Positions 12,790 through 26,800 of a DNA stretch of 64,000 nucleotides are shown in pieces; position 1 is the stretch's first letter, and each line of letters begins with the position of its first letter. Under the pieces are notes generated by a model. It was not told the DNA's origin, did not search any database, and worked only from the letters and a program-made list of their open reading frames with translations. The stretch lies in contig NC_087436.1 of assembly GCF_036321535.1 (NCBI RefSeq), positions 3,224,001 through 3,288,000 on the forward strand, in the 5' to 3' direction. The stretch comes from Camelus dromedarius (Eukaryota). A program made the translations under genes and the position numbers.

Positions 12790-15700
12790 ACAGAGTTCGG
12801 GCTAGTACCTCCCCATAAATATGTATGGAGTGGAGTTTGCAACTGAAAAGAAACTTTGTGTTCCCAACAAGCTATGTGAAGGGCGGCTTTCACACACACT
12901 TATCTCTCAGAACTGAGCATGTGGAGAGACTTTCGTTCATCTAGCACAAAGGAAACGGGTTGCAGGAAAAAATTTTACTCTGGTTTCTCAGTCTGTTTCC
13001 TAGTTCCGGTTTTAAGTTCCTGCAGTTTTCAATGTAAAACCGAGTTGGAGCAGGTACCTCCAAATATATATGTATGGATACCAGTTTGCAAGTTAAAAGA
13101 AACTTTGTTTTCCCAACATGCTAGGTGAAGGACGGCTTTCACACACAATTATCTCTCAGAACTGAGCATGTGGAGAGACGTTCGTTCATCTAGCACAAAG
13201 GGAACGGGTTGCAGGAGAAACTTTACTCTGGTTTCTCTGTCTGTTTCCTAGTGCCGGTTAGAAATTCCTGCAGTTTTCACTGTAAAACCGAGTTGGAGCT
13301 AGTACCTCCCCATATATATGTATGGATTGGAGTTTGCAAGTGAAAAGAACCTTTGTGTTCCCAACAAGCTAAGTGCAGGACGGCTTTCAAACACACTTAT
13401 CTCTCAGAAATGAGCATGTGGAGAGACGTTCGTTCATCTAGAAAAAAGGGAACGGGTTGCAGGGGAAATTTTACTCTGGATTCTCAGTCTGTTTCCTAGT
13501 GCCGGTTTGATGTTCCTGCATTTTTCACTGTAAAACCGAGTTGGAGCTAGTACCTCCCCATATATATGTATGGAATGGAGTTTGCAACTGAAAAGAAACT
13601 TTGTGTTCCCAACAAGCTAGGTGAAGGACGGCTTTCACACACACTTATCTCTCAGAACTGAGCATGTGGAGAGACTTTCGTTCATCTAGTCAAAATGAAC
13701 GGGTTGCAGGAGAAACTTTCACTCTGGTTTCTCAGTCTGTTTCCTAGTGCCGGTTTTAAGTTCCTGCAGTTTTCACTGAGAATCCGAGTTGGGGCTAGTA
13801 CCTCCCCATATATATGTATGGAGTGGAGTTTGCAACTGAAAAGAACTTTGTGTTCCCAACAAGTTAGGTGAAGGGCGGCTTCCACACACACTTATCTCTC
13901 AGATCTGAGCATGTGGAGAGACGTTCGTTCATCTAGCACAAAGGAAACGGTTTGCAGTAGAAAATATTACTCTGGTTTCTCAGTCTGTTTCCTAGTGCCG
14001 GTTTGATGTTCCTGCATTTTTCACTGTAAAACCGAGTTGGAGCTTGTACCACCCCATATATATGTATGGATTGGAATTTGCAAGTGAAAAGAAACTTTGT
14101 GTTCCCAACAAGCTAGCTGAACTATGGCTTTCACACGCACTTATCTCTCAGAACTGAGCATGTGGAGAGACGTTCGTTCATCTAGCACAAAGGGAACGGG
14201 ATGCAGGAGAAAATTTACTGTGGTTTCTCAGTCTGTTTCGTAGTGCCGGTATGAAGTTCCTGCAGTTTTCACTGAAAAACCGAATTGGGGCTAGTACCTC
14301 CCCATAAATATGTATGGAGTGGGATTTGCAACTGGAAAGAAACTTTCTGTTCCCAACAAGGTATGTGAAGGGAGGCTTTCACACAAAATTATCTCTCAGA
14401 ACTGAGCATGTGGAGAGACGTTCGTTCATCCAGCACAAAGGGAACGGGTTGCAGGAGAAAATTTTAATCTGGTTTCTCAGTCTGTTTCCTAGTGCCGGTT
14501 TAAAGTTCCTGCAGTTTTCTCTGTAAACCAAGTTGGAACTACTACCTCCACATATATATGTATGGAGTGGAGGATGCAACTGAAAAGAAACTTTGTGTTC
14601 CCAACATGCTAGTTGAAGGACGGCTTTCACACACACTTATATCTCTGAACTGAGCATGTGGAGAGACGTTTGTTCATCTAGCACAAAGGAAACGGTTTGC
14701 AGTAGAAAATTTTACTCTGGATTCTCAGTCTGTTTCCTAGTGCCGGTTTGATGTTCCTGCATTTTTCACTGTAAAACCGAGTTGGAGCTAGTACCTCCCC
14801 ATATATATGTATGGATTGGAGTTTGCAAGTGAAAAGACACTTTGTGTTCCCAACAAGCTATGTGAAGGACGACTTTCACACACACTTTTATCTCAGAACT
14901 GAGCATGTGGAGAGACGTTCGTTCATCTAGCAAATAGGGAACGGGTTGCAGGAGAAACTTTTACTCTGGTTTCTCAGTCTGTTTCCTAATGCCGGTTTGA
15001 AGTTCCTGCAGGTTTCACTGTAAAACTGAGTTGGAGCTAGTACCTCACCATATGTATGTATGGATTGGAGTTTGCAACTGAAAAGAAACTTTGTGTTCCC
15101 AACATGCTAGGTGAAGGACGGCTTTCACACACACTTATCTCTCAGAACTGAGCTTGTGGATAGACGTTCGTTCATCTAGCAAAAAGGGAACGGGTTGCAG
15201 GAGAAACTTTTACTCTGGATTCTCAGTCTGTTTCCTAGTGCCGGTTTAAAGTTCCTGCAGTTTTCTCTGTAAACCAAGTTGGAGCTACTACCTCCACATA
15301 TATATGTATGGAGTGGAGGATGCAACTGAAAAGAAACTTTGTGTTCCCAACATGCTAGGTGAAGGACGGCTTTCACACACACTTATCTCTCAGAAATGAG
15401 CATGAGGAGAGACTTTCGTTCATCTAGCCAAAATGAACGGGTTGCAAGAGAAACTTTCACTCTGGTTTCTCAGTCTGTTTCCTAGTGCCGGTTTCAAGTT
15501 CCTGCAGTTTTCACTGTAAAACCAGTTGGGTAATGTACCTCCCCGTATATATGTATGGAGTGGAGTTTGCAAGTGAAAAGACACTTTGTGTTCCCAACAA
15601 GCTAGTTGAAGAATGGCTTTCACACGCACTTTTCTCTCAGAACTGAGCATGTGGAGAGACGTTCGTTCATCTAGCACAAAGAGAACGGGTTGCAGGAGAA

Positions 15701-18700
15701 ACTTTTACTCTGGTTTCTCAGTCTGTTTCCTAATGCCGGTTTGAAGTTCCTGCAGGTTTCACTGTAAAATCGAGTTGGAGCTAGAACCTCCCCATATATA
15801 TGTATGGATTGGGGTTTGCAACTGAAACGAAACTTTGGTTTCCCAACAAGCTAGGTGAAGGACGGCTTTCACACACACTTATCTCTCTGAACTGAGCATG
15901 TTGAGAGACTTTCTTTCATCTAGGACAAAGGAACGGGTTGCAGTAGAAAATTTTACTCTGGTTTCTCTGTCTGTTTCTTAGGCCGGTTTGAAGTTCCTGC
16001 AGTTTTAACTGTAAAACAGAGTTCGGGCTAGTACCTCCCCATAAATATGTATGGAGTGGAGTTTGCAACTGAAAAGAAACTTTGTGTTCCCAACAAGCTA
16101 TGTGAAGGGCGGCTTTCACACACACTTATCTCTCAGAACTGAGCATGTGGAGAGACTTTCGTTCATCTAGCACAAAGGAAACGGGTTGCAGGAAAAAATT
16201 TTACTCTGGTTTCTCAGTCTGTTTCCTAGTTCCGGTTTTAAGTTCCTGCAGTTTTCAATGTAAAACCGAGTTGGAGCAGGTACCTCCAAATATATATGTA
16301 TGGATACCAGTTTGCAAGTTAAAAGAAACTTTGTTTTCCCAACATGCTAGGTGAAGGACGGCTTTCACACACAATTATCTCTCAGAACTGAGCATGTGGA
16401 GAGACGTTCGTTCATCTAGCACAAAGGGAACGGGTTGCAGGAGAAACTTTACTCTGGTTTCTCTGTCTGTTTCCTAGTGCCGGTTAGAAATTCCTGCAGT
16501 TTTCACTGTAAAACCGAGTTGGAGCTAGTACCTCCCCATATATATGTATGGATTGGAGTTTGCAAGTGAAAAGAACCTTTGTGTTCCCAACAAGCTAAGT
16601 GCAGGACGGCTTTCAAACACACTTATCTCTCAGAAATGAGCATGTGGAGAGACGTTCGTTCATCTAGAAAAAAGGGAACGGGTTGCAGGGGAAATTTTAC
16701 TCTGGATTCTCAGTCTGTTTCCTAGTGCCGGTTTGATGTTCCTGCATTTTTCACTGTAAAACCGAGTTGGAGCTAGTACCTCCCCATATATATGTATGGA
16801 ATGGAGTTTGCAACTGAAAAGAAACTTTGTGTTCCCAACAAGCTAGGTGAAGGACGGCTTTCACACACACTTATCTCTCAGAACTGAGCATGTGGAGAGA
16901 CTTTCGTTCATCTAGTCAAAATGAACGGGTTGCAGGAGAAACTTTCACTCTGGTTTCTCAGTCTGTTTCCTAGTGCCGGTTTTAAGTTCCTGCAGTTTTC
17001 ACTGAGAATCCGAGTTGGGGCTAGTACCTCCCCATATATATGTATGGAGTGGAGTTTGCAACTGAAAAGAACTTTGTGTTCCCAACAAGTTAGGTGAAGG
17101 GCGGCTTCCACACACACTTATCTCTCAGATCTGAGCATGTGGAGAGACGTTCGTTCATCTAGCACAAAGGAAACGGTTTGCAGTAGAAAATATTACTCTG
17201 GTTTCTCAGTCTGTTTCCTAGTGCCGGTTTGATGTTCCTGCATTTTTCACTGTAAAACCGAGTTGGAGCTTGTACCACCCCATATATATGTATGGATTGG
17301 AATTTGCAAGTGAAAAGAAACTTTGTGTTCCCAACAAGCTAGCTGAACTATGGCTTTCACACGCACTTATCTCTCAGAACTGAGCATGTGGAGAGAAGTT
17401 CGTTCATCTAGCACAAAGGGAACGGGATGCAGGAGAAAATTTACTGTGGTTTCTCAGTCTGTTTCGTAGTGCCGGTATGAAGTTCCTGCAGTTTTCACTG
17501 AAAAACCGAATTGGGGCTAGTACCTCCCCATAAATATGTATGGAGTGGGATTTGCAACTGGAAAGAAACTTTCTGTTCCCAACAAGGTATGTGAAGGGAG
17601 GCTTTCACACAAAATTATCTCTCAGAACTGAGCATGTGGAGAGACGTTCGTTCATCCAGCACAAAGGGAACGGGTTGCAGGAGAAAATTTTAATCTGGTT
17701 TCTCAGTCTGTTTCCTAGTGCCGGTTTAAAGTTCCTGCAGTTTTCTCTGTAAACCAAGTTGGAACTACTACCTCCACATATATATGTATGGAGTGGAGGA
17801 TGCAACTGAAAAGAAACTTTGTGTTCCCAACATGCTAGTTGAAGGACGGCTTTCACACACACTTATATCTCTGAACTGAGCATGTGGAGAGACGTTTGTT
17901 CATCTAGCACAAAGGAAACGGTTTGCAGTAGAAAATTTTACTCTGGATTCTCAGTCTGTTTCCTAGTGCCGGTTTGATGTTCCTGCATTTTTCACTGTAA
18001 AACCGAGTTGGAGCTAGTACCTCCCCATATATATGTATGGATTGGAGTTTGCAAGTGAAAAGACACTTTGTGTTCCCAACAAGCTATGTGAAGGACGACT
18101 TTCACACACACTTTTCTCTCAGAACTGAGCATGTGGAGAGACGTTCGTTCATCTAGCAAATAGGGAACGGGTTGCAGGAGAAACTTTTACTCTGGTTTCT
18201 CAGTCTGTTTCCTAATGCCGGTTTGAAGTTCCTGCAGGTTTCACTGTAAAACTGAGTTGGAGCTAGTACCTCCCCATATGTATGTATGGATTGGAGTTTG
18301 CAACTGAAAAGAAACTTTGTGTTCCCAACAAGCTAGGTGAAGGACGACTTTCACACACACTTATCTCTCAGAACTGAGCATGTGGAGAGACGTTCGTTCA
18401 TCTAGCACAAAGGGAACGGGTTGCATGGGAAAATTTTACTCTGGTTTCTCAGTCTTTTTCCAAGAGCCGGTTTGAAGATCCTGCAGTTTTCACTGTAAAA
18501 CCGACTTGGAGCTAGTACCTCCCCATATATATGTATGGATTGGGGTTTGCAAGTGAAAAGAAACTTTGTGTTCCCAACAAGCAAGGTGAAGGACGGCTTT
18601 CACACACACTTATCTCTCAGAACTGAGCTTGTGGATAGACGTTCGTTCATCTAGCAAAAAGGGAACGGGTTGCAGGAGAAACTTTTACTCTGGATTCTCA

Positions 18701-19490
18701 GTCTGTTTCCTAGTGCCGGTTTAAAGTTCCTGCAGTTTTCTCTGTAAACCAAGTTGGAGCTACTACCTCCACATATATATGTATGGAGTGGAGGATGCAA
18801 CTGAAAAGAAACTTTGTGTTCCCAACATGCTAGGTGAAGGACGGCTTTCACACACACTTATCTCTCAGAAATGAGCATGAGGAGAGACTTTCGTTCATCT
18901 AGCCAAAATGAACGGGTTGCAAGAGAAACTTTCACTCTGGTTTCTCAGTCTGTTTCCTAGTGCCGGTTTCAAGTTCCTGCAGTTTTCACTGTAAAACCAG
19001 TTGGGTAATGTACCTCCCCGTATATATGTATGGAGTGGAGTTTGCAAGTGAAAAGACACTTTGTGTTCCCAACAAGCTAGTTGAAGAATGGCTTTCACAC
19101 GCACTTTTCTCTCAGAACTGAGCATGTGGAGAGACGTTCGTTCATCTAGCACAAAGAGAACGGGTTGCAGGAGAAACTTTTACTCTGGTTTCTCAGTCTG
19201 TTTCCTAATGCCGGTTTGAAGTTCCTGCAGCTTTCACTGTAAAATCGAGTTGGAGCTAGAACCTCCCCATATATATGTATGGATTGGGGTTTGCAACTGA
19301 AACGAAACTTTGGTTTCCCAACAAGCTAGGTGAAGGACGGCTTTCACACACACTTATCTCTCTGAACTGAGCATGTTGAGAGACTTTCTTTCATCTAGGA
19401 CAAAGGAACGGGTTGCAGTAGAAAATTTTACTCTGGTTTCTCTGTCTGTTTCTTAGGCCGGTTTGAAGTTCCTGCAGTTTTCACTGTAAA
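12790..19490 (+). repeat. Tandem duplication of a 13/14-monomer unit (3,226 bp then 3,475 bp)
   Basis: Identical ORF pairs 12919/16145, 13682/16908 and 14379/17605 are offset by 3,226. Pairs 15176/18651 and 15420/18895 are offset by 3,475, which is one extra monomer at ~18376-18624. Confidence 0.92.
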
Positions 19491-20879
19491 ACCGAGTTGG
19501 AGCTAGTACCTACCCATATATATGTATGGAGTGGAGTTTGCAACTGAAAAGAAACTTTGTGTTCCCAACAAGCTAGGTGAAGGACGGCTTTCACACACAC
19601 TTATCTCTCAGGACTGAGCATGTGGAGAGACGTTCGTTCATCTAGCAAAAAGGGAACGGGTTGCAGGAGAAACTTTTACTCTGGTTTCTCTGGCTGTTTC
19701 CTAGTGCCGGATTGAAGTTCCTGCAGTTTTCACAGTAAAACCGATTTGGAGTTAATAAATCCCCATATATATGTATGGAGTGGAGTTTGCAACTGAAAAG
19801 AAACTTTGTGTTCCCAACAAGCTACGTGAAGGACGGTTTTCACACACACTTATCTCTAAGAACTGAGCATGTGGAGAGACGTTCGTTCATCTAGCAAAAA
19901 GTGAACGGGTTGCAGGGGTAACTTTTACTCTGGTTTCTCAGTCTGTTTCCTAGTGCCGTTTTGAAATTCCGGCAGTTTTCACTGTAAAATCGAGTTGGAG
20001 CTAGTACCTCCCCATAAATATTTATGGAGTGGAGTTTGCAACAGAAAAGAAACTTTGTGTTCCCAACAAGCTAGGTCAAGGGCGGCTTTCACACACAGTT
20101 ATCTCTCAGAACTTAGCAAGTGGAGAGATGTTCGTTCATCTAGCACAAAGGGAACGGGATGCAGGGGAAATTTTACTCTGGATTATCAGGCTGTTTCCTA
20201 GTGCCGGTTTGAATTTCCTGCAGTTTTCACTGTAAAACCGAGTTGGAGCTTGTACCTCCCAATATATATGTATGGATTGGAGTTTGCAACTGAAAAGAAA
20301 CTTTGTGTTCCCAACAAGCTAGGTGAAGGACGGCTTTCACACACACTTATCTATCTGAACTGAGCATGTGGAGAGACGTTCGTTCATCTAGCACAAAGGG
20401 AACGGGTTGCAGGAGTAACTTTTACTCTGCTTTCTCACTTTGTTTCCTAGTGCCGGTTTGAAGTTCCTGCACTTTTCACTGTAAAACCGAGTTGGAGCTA
20501 GTACCTCCCCATATATATATATGGATTGCAGTTTGCAAGTGAAAAGAAAATTTGTGTTCCCAACAAGATAGGTGAAGCACTGCTTTCACACACACTTATA
20601 TCTCAGAACTGAACATGTGGAGAGACGTTCGTTCATGTAGCTAAAATGGAACGGGTAGCAGGAGAAACATTTAATCTGGTTTCTCAGTCTGTTTCCTAGT
20701 GCCGGTTTGAAGTTCCTGCAGTTTTCACTGTAAAACCGAGTTGGTGCTAGTACCTCCCCATATATATGTATGGAGTGGAGTTTGCAAATGAAAAGAAACT
20801 ATGTCTTCCCAACAAGCTAGGTGAAGGACGGCTTTCACACACACTTATATCTCAGAACTGTGCATGTGGAGAGACGTTC

Positions 20880-23800
20880 GTTCATCTAGCACAAAGGGAA
20901 AGGGATGCAGTGGAAATTTTACTCTGGTTTCTCAGTCTGTTTCCTAGTGCCGGTTTGAAGTTCCTGCATTTTTCACGGTAAAACCGAGTTGGAGCTAGTA
21001 CCTAACCATATATATGCATGGAGTGGATATTGCAAGTGAAAAGAAACTTTGTGTTCCCAACAAGTTGTGTGAAGGACGGCTTTCACACGCACTTATCTCT
21101 CAGAACTGAGCATGTGGAGAGACGTCCGTTTATCTAGCAAAAAGGGAACGGGTTACAGGAGTAACTTTTAATCTGTTATCTCAGTCTGTTTCCTAGTGCC
21201 GGTTTGAAGTTCCTGCAGTTTTCACTTTAAAACCGTGTTGGAGCTAGTACCTCCCCATATATATGTATGGATTGCAGTTTGCAACTGAAAAGAAACTTTG
21301 TGTTCCCAACAAGCTAGGTGAAGGACGGCATTCACACACACTATCTCTCAGAACAGAGCATGTGGAGAGACGTTCGTTCATCTAGCACAAATGTGAACGG
21401 GTTGCAGGAGAAACTTTTACTCTGGTTTCTCAGTCTGTTTCCAAGTGCCGGTTTGAAGTTCCTGCATTTTTCACTGTAAAACCGTGTTGGAGCTAGTACC
21501 TCCCCATATATATATATGGAGTGGTGTTTGCAACTTAAAAGAAAATTTGTGTTCCCAACAAGCTAGGTGAAGGACGGCTTTCACACACACTTATGTCTCA
21601 GAACTGAGCATGTGGAGAGACGTTCGTTCATCTAGCACAAATGGAACGGTTTGCAAGAGAAACTTTTTCTCTGGTTTCTCAGTCTGTTTCCTAGTGCCGG
21701 TTTGAAGTTCCTGCATTTTTCACGGTAAAACCGTGTTGGAGCTAGTACCTCCCCATATATATGTATGGAGTGGAGTTTGCAACTGAAAAGAAACTTTGTG
21801 TTCCCAACAAGCTAGGTCCAGGACGGCTTTCACACACAATTATCTCTCAGAAATGAGCATGTGGAGAGACGTTCGTTCATCTAGCACAAAGGGAACGGTT
21901 TGCAGGAGAAACTTTTAATCTGGTATCTCAGTCTGTTTCCTAGTGCCGGTTTGAAGTTCCTGCAGTTTTCACTGTAAAATCGAGTTGGATCTAGTAAATC
22001 CCCATAAATATGTATGCAGTGGAGTTTGCAACTGAAAAGATACTTTGTGTTCCCAAAAAGCTAGGTGAAGGACGGCTTTCACACACACTTATTTCTCAGA
22101 ACTGAGCATGTGGAGAGACGTTCGTTCATCTAGCACAAAGGGAAAGGGTTGCAGGAGAAACTTTTACTCTGGTTTCTCAGTCTGTTTCCTATTGCCCTTT
22201 TGAAGTTCCTGCAGTATTCACTGTAAATCAGAGTTGGAGCTAGTAACTCCCCATATAAATGTATGGAGTGAAGTTTGCAACTGAAAAGAAACTTTGTGTT
22301 CCCAACAACGTAGGTTAAAGACAGCTTTCACACACACTTATCTCTCAGAACTGAGCATGTGGAGAGACGTTCGTTCATCTAGCAAAAAGGGAACGGGTTG
22401 CAGGAGAAACTTTCACTCTGGATTCTCAGTCTGTTTCCTAGTGCCGGTTTGAAGTTCCTGCAATTTTCACTGTAAAACAGAGTTGGAGCTAGTACCTCCC
22501 CATATATATGTATGGAGTGGAGTTTGCACCTGAAAAGAAACTTTGTGTTCCCAACAAGCTAGGTGAAGGACGGCTTTCACAGACACTTATCTCTCAGAAC
22601 TGAGCATGTGGAGAGACGTTCGTTCATCTAGCACAAAGGGAATGGATTGCAGGATAAACTTTTACTCTGGTTTCTCAATCTGTTTCCTAGTGCCGGTTTG
22701 AAGTTCCTGCAGTTTTCACTGTAAAACCGAGTTGGAGCTAGTACTTCCCCATATATATGTATGGAGTGGAGGTTGCAACTGAAAAGAAACTTTGTGTTCC
22801 CAACAAGCTATGTGAAGTACGGCTTTCACACACACTTCTCTCTCAGAACTGATCATGTGGAGAGACGTTCGTTCATCTAGCACAAAAGGAACGGGTTGCA
22901 GGAGAAACTTTTACTCTGGTTTCTCAGTCTGTTTCCTAGTGCCGGTTTGAAGTTCCTGCAGTTTTCACTGTAAAACCGTTTTGGAGCTAATACCTCCCCA
23001 TATATATATATGGAGTGGAGTTTGAAAGTGAAAAGAAACTTTGTGTTCTCAACAAGCTATTTGAAGGACGGCTTTCACACACACTTATCTCTCAGAACTG
23101 AGCATGTGGAGAGACGTTCGTTCATCTAGCACAAAGGGAACGGGTTGCAGGAGAAACTTTTACTCTGGTTTCTCAGTCTGTTTCCTACTGCTGGTTTGAA
23201 GTTCCTGCAGTTTTCACTGTAAAACAGAGTTGGAACTAGTACCTCCCCATATATATGTATGGAGTGTAGTTTGCAACTGGAAAGAAATTTGTGTTCCCAA
23301 CAAGTTAGGTGAAGGACGGGTTTCATACTCACTTATCTCTAAGAACTGAGCATGTGTAGAGACGTTCGTTCATCTAGCACAAAGGGAACGGTTTGCAGGG
23401 AAAACCTTTTCTCTGGTTTCTTATTCTGTTTCCTACATCCGGTTTGAAATTCCTGCAGTTTTCACTATGAAACCGAGTTGGAAATAGTATCTCCCCATAT
23501 ATATGTATGGAGTGGATTTAGCAACTGACAAGAAACTTTGTGTTCCCAACAAGCTAGGAGACGGACGGCTTTAACACACACTTATCGCTCAGAACTGAGC
23601 ATGTGGAGAGACTTTCGTTCATCTAGCACAAAGGGAACGGGTTGCAGGAGAAACTTTTACTCTGGTTTCTCAGTCTGTTTCCTAGTGCCAGTTTGAAGTT
23701 CCTGCAGTTTTCACTGTAAAAGCGAGTTGGAGCTTGTACCTACCCATAAATATGTATGGAGTGGAGTTTGCAACTGAAAAGATACTTTGTGTTCCCAAAA

Positions 23801-26800
23801 AGTTAGGTGAAGGACGGCTTTCACACACACTTATTTCTCAGAACTGAGCATGTGGAGAGACGTTCGTTCATCTAGCACAAAGGGAACGGGTTGCAGGAGA
23901 AACTTTTACTCTGGTTTCTCAGTCTGTTTCCTAGTGCCGGATTGAATTTCCTGCAGTTTTCACTGTAAAACCGATTTGGAGATAGTACCTCCCCATATAT
24001 ATATATATGGAGTAGAGTTTGCAACTGAAAAGGATCTTTGTGTTCCCAACAATCTAGGTGAAGGACGGCATTCACACACACTTATCTCTCAGAATTGAGC
24101 AAGTGGATAGACGTTCGTTCATCTAGCACAAATGGAACGGGTTGCAGGAGAAACATTTTCTCTGGTTTCTCAGTCTGTTTCCTAGTGCCGGTTTGAAGTT
24201 CCTGCAGTTTTCACTGTAAAACCGAGTTGGAGCTAGTACCTCCCCATATATATGTATGGATTGGAGTTTGCAACAGAAAAGAAACTTTGTGTTCCCAAGA
24301 AGCTAGGTGAAGGACGGCTTTCACACACACTTATCTCTCAGAACTGAGCATGTGGAGAGACGTTCGTTCATCTAGCACAAAGGGAACGGGTTGCAGGAGA
24401 AACTTTTACTCTGGTTTCTCAGTCTGTTTCCTAGTGCCGGTTTGAAGTTCCTGCAGTTTTCACTGTAAAACCGAGTTGGAGCTAGTACCTCCCCATATAT
24501 ATGTATGGAGTGGAGTTTGCAAGTGAAAAGAAACTTTGTGTTCCCAACAAGCTATGTGAAGGACGGCTTTCACACACATTTACCTTTCAGAACTGAGCAT
24601 GTGGAGAGACGTTCGTTTCTAGCACAAAGGGAACGGGTTGCAGGAGAAAATTTTTCTCTGGTTTCTCAGTCTGTTTCCTAGTGCCGGTTTGAAGTTCCTG
24701 CAGTTTTCACTGTAAAACCGAGTTGGAGCTAGTACCTCCCCATATATATGTATGGATTGGAGTTTCCAACTGAAAAGAAACTTTGTGTTCCCAACAAGCT
24801 AGGTGAAGGACGGCTTTCACACACACTTATCTCTCAGAACTGATCATGTGGAGAGACGTTCGTTCATCTAGCACAAAGGGAACGTTTTGCAGGAGAAACT
24901 TTTACTCTGGTATCTCAGTCTGTTTCCTAGTGCCAGTTTGAAGTTCGTGCAGTTTTCACTTTAAAACCGAGTTGGAGCTTGTACCTCCCCATATATATGT
25001 ATGGATTGCAGTTTGCAACTGAAAAGAAACTTTGTGTTCCCAACAAGCTAGGTGAAGGACGGCATTCACACACACAAACTCTCAGAACAGAGCATGTGGA
25101 GAGACGTTCGTTCATGTAGCACAAAGGGAACGGTTTGCAGGAGAAACTTTTACTCTGGTTTCTCAGTCTGTTTCCAAGTGCCGGTTTGAAGTTCCTGCAT
25201 TTTTCACTGTAAAACCGTGTTGGAACTAGTACCTCCCCATATATATGTATGGAGTGGTGTTTGCAACTTAAAAGAAACTTTGTGTTCCCAACAAGCTAGG
25301 TGAAGGACGGCTTTCACACACACTTATGTCTCAGAACTGAGCATGTGGAGAGACGTTCGTTCATCTAGCACAAATGGAACGGTTTGCAAGAGAAACTTTT
25401 ACTCTGGTTTCTCAGTCTGTTTCCTAGTGCCGGTTTGAAGTTCCTGCATTTTTCACGGTAAAACCTTGTTGGAGCTAGTACCACCCCATGTATATGTATG
25501 GAGTGGAGTTTGCAACTGAAAAAAAACTTTGTGTTCCCAACAAGCTAGGTGTAGGACGGTTTTCTCACACACGTATCTCTCAGAACTGAGCATGTGGAGA
25601 GACGTTCGTTCATCTAGCACAAAGGGAACGGTTTGCAGGAGAAACTTTTAATCTGGTATCTCAGTCTGTTTCCTAGTACCGGTTTGAAGTTCCTGCAGTT
25701 TTCACTGTAAAATCGAGTTGGATCTAGTAAATCCCCATAAATATGTATGGAGTGGAGTTTGCAACTGAAAAGATACTTTGTGTTCCCAAAAAGCTAGGTG
25801 AAGGACGGCTTTCACACACACTTATTTCTCAGAACTGAGCATGTGGAGAGACTTTCGTTCATCTAGCACAAAGGGAAAGGGTTGCAGGAGAAACTTTTAC
25901 TCTGGTTTCTCAGTCTGTTTCCTATTGCCCTTTTGAAGTTCCTGCAGTATTCACTGTAAAACAGAGTTGGAGCTAGTACCTCCCCATATAAATGTATGGA
26001 GTGGAGTTTGCAACTGAAAAGAAATTTGTGTTCCCAACAACGTAGGTAAAAGACAGCTTTCACACACACTTATCTCTCAGAACTGAGCATGTGGAGAGAC
26101 GTTCGTTCATCTAGCAAAAAGGGAACGGGTAACAGGAGAAACTTTCACTCTGGATTCTCAGTCTGTTTCCTAGTGCCGGTTTGAAGTTCCTGCAGTTTTC
26201 ACTGTAAAACAGAGTTGGAGCTAGTACCTCCCCATATATATGTATGGATTGGAGTTTGCAAGTGAAAAGAAACTTTGTGTTCCCAACAAGCTAGGTGAAG
26301 GACGGCTTTCACAGACACTTATCTCTCAGAACTGAGCATGTGGAGAGACGTTCGTTCATCTAGCACAAAGGGAATGGATTGCAGGAGAAACTAATGCTCT
26401 GGTTTCTCAGTCTGTTTCCTAGTGCCGGTTTGAAGTTCCTGCAGTTTTCACTGTAAAACCAAGTTGGTGCTAGTACCTCCCCATATATATGTATGGAGTG
26501 GAGTTTGCAACTGAAAAGAAACTTTTTGTTCCTAACAAGCTAAGTGAAGGACGGCTTTCACACACACTTATCTCTCAGAACTGAGCATGTGGAGAGACGT
26601 TCGTTCATCTAGCACAAAGGAACGGGTTGCAAGAGAAACTTTTACTCTGGTTTCTCAGTCTGTTTCCTAGTGCCGGTTTGAAGTTCTTGCAGTTTTCACT
26701 GTAAAACCGTTTTGGAGTTAATACCTCCCCATATAGATGTATGGAGTGGAGTTTGAAAGTGAAAAGAAACTTTGTGTTCTCAACAAGCTACTTGAAGGAC

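Larger units (their letters stand above)
1..19490 (+). repeat. Satellite sub-family domain 1: strongly differentiated monomer types arranged in nested higher-order repeats
   Basis: Recurrent diagnostic monomers such as 'ccgatctgtagatagtacctctcc', 'ccagttgggtaatgtacctccccg', 'ctgagaatccgagttgggg...ggaggatgc' and 'ttccgaaaacctag' are confined to this domain and its copy after 56,190. Confidence 0.9.
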
